A stretch of 63,492 nucleotides of DNA, the filler included, from Octopus bimaculoides (Eukaryota), in the NCBI RefSeq assembly GCF_001194135.2. It is 7 parts of 6 records of this genome, joined end to end, with 100 filler letters (N's around TTAATTAATTAA, not from the genome) between each part and the next. Parts side by side here need not be neighbours in the genome. Positions count along the whole stretch, not along the records: positions 1 to 18,147 come from NC_068981.1; 6 more parts are not named here. One strand, written 5' to 3'. Under the pieces are notes generated by a model that was not told the origin of the DNA, ran no database searches, and saw only the letters and a list, made by a program, of their open reading frames with translations. The position numbers and the translations under genes were made by a program. Positions 1 through 14,228 of the stretch are shown in pieces (position 1 is the first letter of the stretch; each line of letters opens with the position of its first letter).

Positions 1-662
1 TGTATATATATGTATATAAACATATACATATATATATATGTATATATATTATTTTAATGTTCTTTATACTTGTCTAACAGTCTATTCCAAGAAAATGATA
101 GTGAAAGACAAAATGCATTTTTGAGGGATATTTAAATCGTGACAGTTTTAAATTATGTGTCTTATAAAGGGACCACTAAAAGATTACAACAGATTAATTA
201 TTAATGTATACAAAATGAAACATCACAACATTGTCATCATATTCAAGAGAAGAAAACCATTTCGTGATATTGTTAAATTAATTACATATTTCAACTTTCC
301 GTGGGCGAATTTTAGCATAAAATTGATGTTTTGCATTTAAGACTGTCTACGAACTAATTATAAACACGTGTATTTAAAATATTCAATAACATACCACGAT
401 CGATAGGTTTCTTAGTGAAGGATATTTAAGCCAAATATTGTTAATATTCACGTAACTATGTGAAGCTATGAAATGTATTTACAATAAACAATTAAAAACA
501 AAGTGAAACATTGAACATTGTAAGAGTACTCGATATGTGTTTATGTTAGAACTAAGTGGAAGCTGATATATGTTTGAGATCATTATGAAGCCATATCTAT
601 AAAGAAAATGATAATTTTAAAATCTGTGTTCGGTTTTTCGTTTTTAATATCTGAGAAGTGTA

Positions 663-870
663 AGACGGTGAGCTGGCAGGATCGTTAGCATGCCGGGCAA
701 AATGATTGGCGGCATTTCGCCCATTTTTAAACTCTGAGTTCGAATTTCGCCGAGATCGACCTTGTCTTTCATACTTTCGGGATCGATAAAGTAAGTACCA
801 CTCGGGCACTAGGGTCGATGTAATCAAGTTAGCCCCTTCCTCGAAATTACTTGTGCCACAATGTGAAACC
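663..870 (+). mobile_element. tRNA-headed SINE, family A
   Basis: gagctggcaggatcgttagca..ccgggcaaaat...ctgagttcgaatt...gtcgatgtaatc. Related copies near 25133-25368(-), 34460-34590, 37300-37470(-), 43330-43500(-), 50720-50930, 58712-58850. Confidence 0.75.
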
Positions 871-2439
871 AAAATTTGGGAAGTGTATAATAGGGACTGA
901 CACCTAATGAATCTTGTATATTAGACACTTTCTTCGTTATGATGATAGTCTTTTATTTTCAAGTCATAGCTATAGTAAGACACATGGTTCAGATTGTGCA
1001 TGCAAGGTTGATGCTTTTGTTCTAAGGTGTCCGCGAACGTCACACAGATAAAAAAAAACCCAATTAATTTCGAGGTTGAAATCATATTGTTCAATAAACG
1101 TGTTTTCGCTATTGTCTTCTATTAATTCCTTCTTTTACATGTTTCCTTCATTAGCTTGCCGTTATACTGGAGCAGCGCATTGAAGAATTTAACGAATGGA
1201 TTCCAATACTTATTTTTAAGCCTGGTGCTTATTCTATCATTCACTTTTGACTAATTGCTAGGCTACGGGACATAGACATACCTATACTGGTTGTCAGTGG
1301 TGGTAGGGGACAAACACACAGAGACACATACGCACAAGCGCGCGCGCACACTCAGTTCTCGTCTACCAAATCCATCCACAAGGCTTTGGTCGGCCCGAAG
1401 CTATAATAGAAGACACTTGCTCAAAGTTCTCTAGTAGTGCGACTGAATCCGGAACCGTGTTGTTGACCACACAATGACATACTCTTTCTTTTTATTTTCT
1501 TCTCGAGACTCAAAAATTAAGTAAAGTAAAAAAACACACAAATAATAGCATGATCAATTTATTTGTTCAACTGGCGTAATGTTCCGTTCACATTTCGCCA
1601 GTGCAGTTTTGAAATTTCAAATTAAAGCAAAAGTATAGTAGAAATTAAAGTTGTGTATATGCGCGCGCGCGCGCGTTATACAATAATCGAAGTAAAAAGA
1701 CAAAGAAAAACTTTAATGATCAGTTACAATTGTTTCTGCCGCATCTCTGCTTTCAACGCCAGTTAAGCCAAAGTTCCAAGTGAAAATTTACGTAATATTT
1801 GCGGTTTTAAACATTAAAGTAGCAGTTCCTGGGACTATAAACAAAGGTGCGTCCTTACATTGTGTAACGTTCGTCTCACGTTTTTGACTAAATCGGTTGT
1901 CATGAAACCTGTTAGTGGATGAACTGCTGATGGCACCCCTACGACTTCACCAAAAGATGAGGGCTTAAGGCAAGGTACATATATTAGATCTCAGTCGGTA
2001 TCGGCAATGGCCATTCACTTGTTAACTAGACTAAATTATCTGTACTCAGGATTAGTGTGTAAGTTTGCAATTAGTCCACATGCACATGCATGCTTAAGCG
2101 TTAATCATCATGAAAATATAGGTACAGTTCATTTACGAACTTATATACAATTTCGGTTTAAAACATTTCACTCACAAAGTATGGATTATCCCGAGACTAT
2201 CCTGAGAGACAATTCGCTTCGAAGGACACGCAGTAGGACAGAACATGTGTCCTGATGATTGTGAAAGAAACCACCTAGTATTGTGGCCCTGTTGCCTTTG
2301 TCCTCTGCCGTATAACTACACATCACGTCTATCTATCTATCTATCTATCTATCTATCGGACTGGTTGTCTGTAGGCCTGCCTGTCTGTCTGCCTGTCTGC
2401 CTGCCTGTCAGTTGTCAGTTTACTTTTGTGTGTGTGTGC

Positions 2440-2486
<47 letters not shown>

Positions 2487-3265
2487 CAGAGGTTGGACAA
2501 AATAATGGAAACACCTTAAAATTTCAAATTAATTTTAATAAGAGATAGGACCGCCTTTGGCAGTAAATTACAGCTTGAATTCTACGAGGTATGGACTCGT
2601 ACAAAGTTTGAATTGTTTCCAAAAGAATTTTTTCAATTCTTCAGCTAAAACAATCACCAGTTCTTGTAGTGATGATGATGGTGGAGGATATCGACTCTTT
2701 ACTTGTTTTTCTAAAATGCACCATAAATGTTCAATAATATTGAGATCTAGGGACTGTGGTGGCCAGATAAGATGTTCAACTTCACTAGAATGTTCCTCGT
2801 GCCATTTAGTAACAACTTTAGCTGTGTGAATTTGTGCATTATCATCCTGAAAGATTGCGTTTCCCTCTGAAAACAGTTCCGCAATCATAGGATGAATTTG
2901 ATCAGATAAAATGCTTAATTGCTTAAACAATCTTGACTATTAATTCTGCCATGAAAGGAAACGATTGGACCGGCGGATTTCCAAGATATAGCTCCCCAGA
3001 TCATCACAGATCCTCCTCCATGTTTAACAGTTGGAAGAAGGCAGTCTGAGTCAAATGCTCCTTTTGGCTGTCTCAACACGTACACTCGGCCGGTGGTTGG
3101 AAATATGGTAAAGGATGACTCGTCCGAGAAAATAACATTCTTCCACTGCTGTAGGGACCAATTCTGTAGGTTGTTTCTCCACTCTAAACGCTTTCCAACG
3201 TTTGTTTTTAAAAATAGTGGTTTTCTGATTGCAGCCCTCCCGTGAAATCCGGCTTTGTGCAGCTC
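2487..3265 (-). mobile_element. Tc1-type transposon, 5'-truncated and frameshifted
   Basis: Two overlapping frames carry VIFSDES, VKHGGGSVMIWG, FQDDNA and WPPQSLDLNIIEHLW; terminal-like CAGAGGTTGGACAAAATAATGGAAACACC at 2487. Confidence 0.9.
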
Positions 3266-6200
3266 ACATACACATATTATAATCATTGTAATCATTTGTG
3301 GTACACCTGAAGTGAAATGTAGTCAATAAAAAATTCAAAAGGTGACTCTAATATCACTTAATGATTGATTATCTCTTGTTCTACGCTGCTTGCGATATCC
3401 TAACAGAAAACTGCATTCATGCGTGGTGCAAAGATAATGATTTACGAAGATATCACAGCATTATAAATATCGAAGTTATGGAGCTATTAAGAAACTTTTT
3501 TAAATATTTTAATGCCCTTCCCATAATATAATAGTGCCAGATATGACAGAGAACACTTAAAGCAACGTCCATATGCATGTTATGTCAGTTGCACTTTGTT
3601 ATATATTCAGAAAATATATAATCCTTATAAAGATTTAGATTTTTCAATATGCTTCCTTATGAAAATACAGAAGAACAATTAACCTTCACTTTGAATTAAC
3701 CTTCGTAACGTTTTATAACGCGCAAATGTAAAGCGCGTGAAATTTTACATTGCGAACAAATGATAATCGTGTAAAATCTGAGAAATTAGACTCATATCGT
3801 GAATATGTTATAAGAAATTTCAGATAATATTTTCGCACAGTTAGAACCTGAATATTAATTTATACAGTTTGGATTTGATTAATATCAAAGTCCTGAGAGA
3901 TAACTGAAGTGACTGCGTATCGGGCTAATAAATTGTCCATTATTGTGTGAGTTATATGATTAAAATTTTATGACAGTTGAAGATTTCTTTCATGGCTGCA
4001 GAGTAGATAAATAAACAGTATGGTGTGTACAATACAATCATACTGCGACACAAGAGAAAACTAAACCAATTGTATTGAAGTATTTTTAGTTTTATGACTT
4101 GCGGTTCAATGTATAATCCCATCGAGAGTAGCAGAAAAACAAATGTTTTTTTCTGCTACTCTCCCCTTTGTCTGGTTGACAAGTGTGTAAGTTACCAATT
4201 GGAATTTCTATTTCATACTTTCAGAAATAAAAACAACGAATGCGTATTTTATTTACTTTTTGAAACATTTTGGTTATTTTTATGCACACACATACGTTCG
4301 TGCAGACGCACAGATTCAAAATAAATCAATATATGAGTTACTAATGGCATTTGTTTCATCCTTTAAGAAACATTATGAAGCGAAGGTGACGATAACTCGT
4401 TCTTGATTTCTACTCTGATGTAGTATCATTTGCACAAGATACTAACTCATTTTGTTGGTATTTAAAGAACTAAAATAACCCGTACATTGAAGCCCGAGTG
4501 ATTGCCTTTACATTATAAGAATTTTCATGCATCTGATTTCAAGATTAAATGCAATAAAATCAGAGGTGAGAATTATCAGAGTGTAATCTGTCACATGTTG
4601 ACATTCTATGACAGTGAATATTTAATTAAATTTATTGAATAATTTATGCAAATGAAAAGGATAGATTGAAAAGGATATAAATATGTGAGGTGATGCACAC
4701 AGTTGTTTAACAAGATTGCTAAATGTTTCTCTGTTAGTTAGAGATACACACCAATTCTTTTAAATAAACGCGTTAATTACTCAAAACATTACACTTTACA
4801 TGTGCTCCTATAAATCTTTACGTTTGATAGATATACAAATTGTTCCAATAAATACATAGTTATTAGCAAAAAAGAATTTGAGAAAATATCGAAATGACAA
4901 ACATCTAAGAAAAGGATACTTTGGCATCAAATCAACGGATCGTTGAATATCCCGTGATCCTCACCGTCAGAAGAAAATAGTTCCACATGAATGTAAATTT
5001 GTTATTGTTGTATTCCCCATAATAAACTTTACGGTCAGAAACTTCTTGTAACCATAAAACAAGAAACGGAACTTTCAAATGGGAATATCATGGGTGCTGT
5101 TTGAAGTTACGTCATATCTATAATTTCCTCGTTCCTGAAGATAGACGATAGGTGTATCTTAGACTGGAGCAACCGTAATTTCTCAGTTCGCCTGTGCATG
5201 AGAGTTCTGTTTTGTTACTGCATTTTAAAAAGTGTTGCTTAAAAAAATGACTTTGTGTACTCGGATACGAGTTGATTTCCTCTATGTTTTCATAGAAATT
5301 TGCATGCCTACACATAAATAAACTTGTACATGTCTCTGTGCATTCGCATTTATGGCAGGATAAACTACTACAATATTGTTGAGTTCAATTAGCTGTCTGT
5401 AAATATAATTTTCTAATTAATTTCTTTCTGGCTATGTGTATCTCAGCTTCCCTACAATTGATGCGGTGTAAAGATAGCTACATATTCAAATAACCAAATA
5501 AATACAGGTATAAATCTAAAGCCATAGACCGGGTGGAGTATCTCTATATTTCGCATTAGTTTGGCGGAAATTGTTTCTTTCATCCCTTACCTTTAAGATT
5601 TCTTAGCATTTCCTGGGCAACTGGCAACCACTACTTTGTATACAGAAGGGTCGCATTTTTGCCTGAGCGGGATGAGGATGGCTAAGAGTACGCGCTATTG
5701 AAAAGGCCCCCAAAAGGCGAAATTCATCTGGCATTCTCATTGGTCGCTGATGGGACGAATTTTCGTCTCACGTATTTATCACGATTTTAACACAATACAT
5801 CTATAAGAGATCTTATCTCATAACAAATACTGTAGTAACAGGCTTGCCACAGTGCCTTTACATTAAGTATGATATATAGATGGCTATTTTAATTTAACAC
5901 TGCTCAATTGTTTATACCAGATATATAAAAGTGGTTTCTGCGATTTTGTTTTCGTGCACACGTATTCGATCTTTTCTTATACGTGCCTCTCCCCTCATGT
6001 NNNNNNNNNNNNNNNNNNNNNNNNNNNNNNNNNNNNNNNNNNNNNNNNNNNNNNNNNNNNNNNNNNNNNNNNNNNNNNNNNNNNNNNNNNNNNNNNNNNN
6101 NNNNNNNNNNNNNNNNNNNNNNNNNNNNNNNNNNNNNNNNNNNNNNNNNNNNNNNNNNNNNNNNNNNNNNNNNNNNNNNNNNNNNNNNNNNNNNNNNNNN

Positions 6201-6699
6201 NNNNNNNNNNNNNNNNNNNNNNNNNNNNNNNNNNNNNNNNNNNNNNNNNNNNNNNNNNNNNNNNNNNNNNNNNNNNNNNNNNNNNNNNNNNNNNNNNNNN
6301 NNNNNNNNNNNNNNNNNNNNNNNNNNNNNNNNNNNNNNNNNNNNNNNNNNNNNNNNNNNNNNNNNNNTATATGGAAAAAGATAGAGAGGCTGACTGGCAG
6401 AATGAGAGAAAGTGAGAGAAGGTGAGAGAGAGAAGAGTTAATATGCGTCTACATATAAACATAAAAGTCGCTGAAAACTTTTAACTAATTTCATATCCGA
6501 ATAATTCTTCATCATATGGAGAACATAATTTCGTATTTATCTAAGAAAGGTTCGTGCGAACCAGGAATTAATTTCTCCATTTCAGACATAAGCAAATTAA
6601 TATTGTATCAGCCTAATCTTATAAACAATTATGAAGTGAAACAGATTAATTTGCTCAAAGTGATGATTATGATCAAGAGCATGATGTTGAACGTTGCCA

Positions 6700-7085
6700 T
6701 AACCACGACCACCATCACCACCATCACCAACACCACCACCACCGCCATCGTCATTATCGTCGTCATCATCATTATCATAATCTTCATCATCATCACCACC
6801 ACTACTACATTCATCATCATCATCATCGTCATCGTTGTAACCATCACCATCACCGTCACCGAGACAATGACCACCACCACCTTCACCACAACCACCATCG
6901 CCACCATTATCGCCCCCCCACTACCACCAAAACCATCGTGTTCGTCATCATCACCACCACAACTATCGTATTTATCATCATCATTATCATCGTCATCACC
7001 GTTGCTGTCGTCATTTATCATCATCATCATCATCAACAGCAGCAGAAACAGGAGCGCCATCACCACCATCACCACTACCACCATC
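6700..7085. repeat. Compound (ACC)n/(ATC)n trinucleotide tract
   Basis: Directly visible; similar tracts at 55400-55520 and 60440-60830. Confidence 0.9.
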
Positions 7086-7931
7086 GTCAATCTTATTGTT
7101 TTCTATCCCGAGGTATTCAATCATAAAATTTGTATTCGTACAATATATTGTCCCATGGAGTTCAAACGAATGTCCCAAGTTTACCTCGCTATATCCTCAA
7201 CTTTTCAATTGCTTGGTAAAATACCGAAGATGTATACAATGGACTAAAGTAGACTGTGGTTGAGAAAGTGCATTTCAGATCTTTTCAGTTTATTCAGAAA
7301 AATATGAATGCTGTCAAATTGCAAGAATACATAGTTAACCTAGCACAACAAAAACCCTCTAGTGTACTTTTAATGCTTCTATTAAGCATTGTGATGTGTT
7401 TCCGAGGCAGCACTCTAGACAAAGTAGAATACACACACACACACACACANNNNNNNNNNNNNNNNNNNNNNNNNNNNNNNNNNNNNNNNNNNNNNNNNNN
7501 NNNNNNNNNNNNNNNNNNNNNNNNNNNNNNNNNNNNNNNNNNNNNNNNNNNNNNNNNNNNNNNNNNNNNNNNNNNNNNNNNNNNNNNNNNNNNNNNNNNN
7601 NNNNNNNNNNNNNNNNNNNNNNNNNNNNNNNNNNNNNNNNNNNNNNNNNNNNNNNNNNNNNNNNNNNNNNNNNNNNNNNNNNNNNNNNNNNNNNNNNNNN
7701 NNNNNNNNNNNNNNNNNNNNNNNNNNNNNNNNNNNNNNNNNNNNNNNNNNNNNNNNNNNNNNNNNNNNNNNNNNNNNNNNNNNNNNNNNNNNNNNNNNNN
7801 NNNNNNNNNNNNNNNNNNNNNNNNNNNNNNNNNNNNNNNNNNNNNNNNNNNNNNNNNNNNNNNNNNNNNNNNNNNNNNNNNNNNNNNNNNNNNNNNNNNN
7901 NNNNNNNNNNNNNNNNNNNNNNNNNNNNNNN

Positions 7932-7996
<65 letters not shown>

Positions 7997-8659
7997 GTGC
8001 GTGTGTGCCTTAGTGCACGTATGTGTGTGTGCATGCATACACACGCACTAATTGTTCTTCGAGTCATGTCTATTTAAAACAAGACGTTTTGAATAGACAT
8101 GACTCTAGGAACGATTACACATTACTAACAGCCTACCTATGTAATTCTAACGTCTCTTTAGCTTTTGTTTTTTCCTTTTGTTTTTTTCCTTTTATTTTTT
8201 TCCTTTCCTAAATATTTGTTACCTTTTGGCAACCCAGATTCTTAAAATGAACTTAGTGTCTTTCTGTATGAAACGATCGCATAATTACATTAATAAAAAT
8301 AATTTCAATCCATATTAACATCTAATCTCCTCAATTCACGAATATGACTGAATTTGTTGAACCTTGTCTTGTAAGTTAAATCATTTTTATTTTATTCTTT
8401 TTTTCTTTTATTTGTTTCAGTCATTTGACTGTGGCCATGCTTGAGCACCGCCTTCAGTCGAGCAAAACGACCTCAGGACTTATTCTTTGTAGGCCTAGTA
8501 CTTATTCTATCGGTTTCTTATGCCGAACCGCTAGGCTACGGAGACGTAAACACACCAGAATCGGTCGTCAAGCGATGTTGGGGATACAAACACAAACATA
8601 CAAATATATATATATATATTGATAGAAAGGACAACAAAAGAAAGAAAGAGATCTCGATA

Positions 8660-8940
8660 TTATGTGAATAGAGGAATTTATCTGTAAAGATATGTGGCAC
8701 TTATTCGGTAGCCATGATAAAACTCCGAGTTTCGGATGCCAGGGTGAGAACCCACGCCGCCATCTCTTCAGTTATCCGGCCATTGAAAATTCCTGTGAAA
8801 AATGACCGTTAAACAAAGGGAGATTACTGTGTGGTTGACCGTTATTAAGACAAAAGAGCTATGGACCGCTAAGAAAGGGGAGGGAGTAAAGGTAATGGAG
8901 TAGAAAAGTCTATAGTGTTCGCGTAAGCGCGCCAATCTGT
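8660..8940 (-). mobile_element. Penelope-type 3' UTR/pLTR fragment with hammerhead-like motif
   Basis: Contains CTGAAGA...GAAACTCGGAGTT with a matching GATAA/TTATC stem. Confidence 0.45.
8716..8776 (-). ncRNA. Minimal type I hammerhead ribozyme-like motif
   Basis: GATAA-CTGAAGA-GATG...CATC-C-GAAA-CTCGGAG-TT-TTATC. Confidence 0.5.
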
Positions 8941-9766
8941 ACATGCGCCCATATGTATATACTCAACCACGCTCGCTTGAAAACACACATTCTCACCCAC
9001 ATACTCGCCAAAAACTATATAAATATATACATGTACATATATATACCCGCATACACACACACACACGTGTGCGCGCGCGTAATACCCTCGCACCCATACA
9101 CACGCACGCAAAAATAAAAATCACAGGGCTAAAAGCAAAATACAGAAGAAAGTGTGAAAATGCTATAAGGTTAAAACGCGTCTATATGCACATATTCTCG
9201 CATGCACGCACATAAATCTATATACGCACGTACCCGCATTATGCACACATTCACAAGCGTGCACATAAGGTTCCATGTACGCGTCTATAGACGCACAGGA
9301 AAAAAGCGGGGCGGAGGGGAGAATACAAAAAAATATGTGGAAAATATACAAAACATTATCTCTATAAATATGTAAAAAAAATATATAAAAAATATATAAG
9401 AAAACTAAGTAAAAAGTATAGAGAGATAAAAAGCTTATACATAGACACAATATAGAAAGTAAGTCCTATCAGTATACTGAGGGGGACCAAAAGCGTAGCA
9501 AATATTTAGCCACGTGTGGACATGATCCGAAAAGTTCAGTTCTTGTATTTAGACATGTGGCGGGATCTAAGCTGCCTTTCCAGATGAGCCATCTTTCCAT
9601 GTCACATAGACCGCACCTTCCGCTGTCGCTGGTGTACAGTATCACACCCGCAAGGATGGTCCGAAGCAATTGTGATGAATAACGGCTGAAACCTACGTTC
9701 ACTAACATCATACTGTTTTAGAAGTTAGAGAAACACAGTTTACTTAAGAAGATACTCCTCATTACA

Positions 9767-9870
9767 TCACCTGAAGAGATGCCTATATACCGAGCAATGC
9801 ACCACAGCTAGTTGTACAGTATCCCAGCCGCGAGGGATTGATGCAAGATGAGTCGAAACGATCGTTGTGA
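9767..9870 (+). ncRNA. Hammerhead-like motif with long stem II insert
   Basis: TCAC-CTGAAGA-GAT...GTC-GAAA-CGATCG-TT-GTGA; 10-nt palindrome AACGATCGTT. Confidence 0.4.
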
Positions 9871-11061
9871 GCAATGAACGTCTTCGCATGTTCCATTTTC
9901 CGTCCCTATCATTTGTTATATATNNNNNNNNNNATATATTTAAATATATATATATATATGTACACATACACACACACATATATGTACATATACATACACG
10001 CATATACGCACACATACTCACACATATATAAACACACAAGGAAATTTACCGCTAAAACATGTCGACTCGTTGCAAATGGAAAGGGCTATTCATGAAAAAA
10101 TTTCGTTCATTAAAACTGCGAAATTTTGTATATCAAATCTGAATTTCATTGCGCCGAAAGGAAAATAAAATATACATAACTAGAAGCAAAATTATGACGC
10201 GTTACTGATATGGTTATCATTTCCTTAAAAAGATTTGAAAGTGCTAGGATGTTAAATTGTAATATAAAAGTGGTCTTTACTAAAAGTAATTAAAAAATAT
10301 AACTTGATATATGACGACTTAAGAACATCGTCTTTTTCAAGTTATACAAGAGATATGTCTACTAAAAACAACCTTTCATTTTTTAGGAATTGGGATCCAA
10401 TACCTACCTTTGTATTGTATACGTTGATCGGTGTTAAATATCATCTCATATTTACATTGAAAGAGGCAGTTTCTTTTCCTTTAAAAGAAAATATATGAAA
10501 TCGATGTATTCGCTGTAATGAAAATTTAAGATCAACACAACGTATTCAATTTCAAACAAATATCCATTTGTTTTACGTTATTTTCTTTCACACACAGTAT
10601 CTTTCTTTCAGAGATTTCTTAGAATCACACCTCACTTTCTTTGAGAATCTCTAATAATTGTCGGTAAGTAATTATTTTCTACCTACAACTAAGAGGGAAT
10701 CTTCAATTGATAATTTCGTTTGTATACGACATCCGGAACGTTGCATTTTAATTTGTTTACTAGGTTTAAAAACCAAAACATAGAAATGAAGCCCAATGTT
10801 TTAACTAACGGAATGTTTACAGTTTACTTTCAATTTACTCATAAATTTCCTGAAATACAACGGTACGCTGAAGCTAGCAATACTGTTTCTAAACATGTCG
10901 ACATTGACAAGAACTTCATATGACAGCTGCTGAACGACACATATGTTTTTGACTACAATGTTTCACTTCATATGTGCTTGATTTATATTCTGTGCTTAAT
11001 TATATCTAAATAAATCTCTCCTTCTTTTCCTCCCCCCTCTCTCTCTTTACAACTATATCTA

Positions 11062-11120
<59 letters not shown>

Positions 11121-11868
11121 ATATATATATATATATACATACACACACACACTTATATACACACATACACATAAATTACTTCTATAGTGGTTGCTACAAT
11201 TAGCGACAAAATCTTCACCAAGTGACGCCAAACGTCTTCAGATGAAAAGCCACTTTGTAAAATATATTCCTGAATACACAAAACAAGACACAAGATGATT
11301 GTCATCGTTTCAACTACTTCAATCAGAGCTGTACTCTGTCAGGGCCGTCTGCATTTTAAACAATGATAACAACATAATTTTACCATGTAGTAGTATATAA
11401 GTGTTATAAATATACTGTAATATTGCAAAGTTAATTCTTTTAATAATTATGAATATTTTCGCTTTCTCTGATTATAGTTTGGTTATAAAATGTTTATTCT
11501 CTTTTATTTCAATTTATACAGGAAAGAGTTATATATAAAGTATGGAAATAATAATTTAATAATTTCACTAGTTAAACGTAATTACCATTCTAAATATGAC
11601 GTTTAGAATGAACTCGTCCAACATAAAATACAGTAAACTGCATAAATCTAAAACCAATTTGAATAACATGCTTTTGTATGGTGTGTTATCTAAAGATGAC
11701 AAACACCAAGATGGAGAATCCTTCTGTTGTAAAATTATAATTTTTCTGTCTCACACACACGAACACACACGAACACACACACACACACGAACACACACAC
11801 ACACACACGAACACACACACACACAACACGAGCACAGACACGCACATACATATCTCATGTATGTACAG

Positions 11869-11916
<48 letters not shown>

Positions 11917-12449
11917 GCACACACACACACACACATACACACACACATATATATATATATATACGCCTGCTAATAATACTACACATAAACCTAGCTCATG
12001 CACTACGGATAAAAACCCATCCCTTAATGGATTTTTAGAAAATACACGCATGACTAGCTAATCATATATACCAGCGCTTAGCAATCAAATTGCGCCCTAC
12101 AAATTGAGCAGCGTAATAACAATATAGAACACTATCCAATGGATTAAATTATAAATCTATGAATATAAACCTTTATGTACATTAGGATAATTGCGTATAA
12201 TATAGTGTAATTTACTAGATCTAAACTGCCTAATACATCAGAATCCTTAGATGTCTACACCGCATAACTGCCACATTTACCTGAATAAAAGACCTTCTAT
12301 TTACATCTACATCTGATATTTCCTCTTCCCTTAGACCTAAATTGAATGTTATCCAAATACAGAATGAATTGGTTATTTAATTTTTTAGCGGTAAATGCTC
12401 GGCTCCCCCCCCCCTTACATGTACACGGATGTACAGTTAGATGTATGTA

Positions 12450-12499
<50 letters not shown>

Positions 12500-13149
12500 T
12501 ANNNNNNNNNNNNNNNNNNNNNNNNNNNATATATGTATGTATATATATATATGTTTATATATATGTATATATATACATATACATGTAAACACTTAATTAA
12601 ATAATTCAGTGCTATAACACAGTGCCATCCATTTAATACTTCATATCCATTATTCTATATTTTACTAGTATAGGTTTTAGCAATAAATAACTATAACTCA
12701 GAAAAACAAGCAATCCGGTTCGTTACAATTGTCCCTTGTCAGAAAATCCTATTTATTACGCCTTCCGACAAAAATGAATCCTCTGTCCTCCTATATTACG
12801 TTTAACAATATAGCTGATTCCCCTGATAGATAGATTTATATTTTACATTTTCATTTTTATTTTTATACGTCTGCAATAATTTATTTTTCTTATGCTGTCC
12901 CTTAAGATCATATCTCCTTAGTCATATTACTTTAGTTATCGTACTCATTCACATACACATTTATTTATTTAAATGTCTAAATTTAATTTCATTTAATTTA
13001 ATTCAATCTAGTTTGAATGTTATTTTTCACTCCTACTTGCCCATAGTGGCCAAGGATTTTTTTTATCCGTTTATTTTGTAATTTAATTATTTACTTATTT
13101 ATTTATCTGATTTGTTTTTGTGTTATCTGTTAACCATCAACGAACCGGA

Positions 13150-13620
13150 TCAGCGTCATAGTTTTCAAAAAAAAAAAACAAATCTGGCCAATTAGGTTGC
13201 AGGACTGACCATAACCACTGCACACAAGGATTCAGGGACTTGTTGATCGAAAAAATAACGGACACGAACACCGTACTGTGGTCACCACCTGGTGCCATAC
13301 AATCATTAGTACCAACTGACATCCTACATAAAAACTTCCACCGCTGAAACACGGACCATACTTTCAAACCATAATTTCAAACCAACCGCTATAAACACAA
13401 ACATAACGTGTATTTATATGTAAACAAAATAAGAACCACTGCCTAAATTTACCCTTCCTAAAAACTCATCCTTAGAACGAATATACCTACTTATCCACCA
13501 CTGGACAAAATAATATGAATCTTGGAAGGCACACTCAACATCCAAATTCTATCTACCCAGCTCAACAGAACACTAGCATGGAGGATATCGTGGCTCCTAG
13601 AAACGGCCGTAAGGAAATGA
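13150..13620 (+). mobile_element. Degenerate Penelope-like 3' fragment
   Basis: Weak GIY-YIG-region remnants; ends in GAAACGGCCGTA, the palindromic motif typical of pLTR hammerheads. Confidence 0.5.
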
Positions 13621-14171
13621 TCTTGTAATCTTTTACTCTTTTATGTACTACTCATATACATTTGTGCAGCACACTAGTTTTGTACGTGTATTTATTCTTA
13701 TGTTGTTTTTGAATAAATAGACATAATAGAATATCGACTGATTTATGTCATTTTTGTATCCCTTCCATTTTCTTTTTGCTGTATATATTAAGAGTAAATC
13801 GCTATTTACCCCCGCCCATATATGACACTCGATTGCGAAATTGCCCCGCAATAACCAGTACTTGGGTATTAATAATTAGGCACATTACTAGCAGTATATT
13901 GGATAGGTACTATTCCTTAGTTGGCCGGCTTTCCAACCTCTAACATTCGCAGATACTTGTTTGACTTTGAATCTATTTAACAATTTAAAATAATGAATTT
14001 AATTCCTCTTAATTCTTCCTCCGTTCATCTAATTGTATTTATTTATCGCTACTTTTCATTAAGAAATCCATTATTTTGGATTTCTCAATGTGCATTTTCG
14101 CTTTTTTCTTCTTACTTTCCCCACATCTTTTCCGCCTATAGTTTCTATTTCTCTTTGAAACATATTTCTAT

Positions 14172-14228
<57 letters not shown>

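Noticed and set aside
1661-1675. (CG)n run with Z-DNA potential
   Set aside because: Short and typical of CA/CG microsatellite decay; nothing else marks it as regulatory.
2176-2251. Exon-like minus segment (tcacaatcatcag|...|gtgagt), open as HMFCPTACPSKRIVSQDSLGIIHT
   Set aside because: No domain similarity, no compatible partner exon, and 16 kb and one join away from the gene.
5118-5307. Minus ORF after an acceptor-like site (HANFYENIEEINSY...)
   Set aside because: Needs a phase-2 donor that I could not find; no recognisable motif.
6516-7247. 243-aa plus ORF and overlapping ORFs rich in Thr, Ile and His
   Set aside because: Translation of an (ACC)n/(ATC)n tract, open on both strands, with no splice or domain support.
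10409-10479. Exon-like minus segment KRNCLFQCKYEMIFNTDQRIQYK
   Set aside because: Phase-2 start is incompatible with the known exons; expected by chance in AT-rich DNA.
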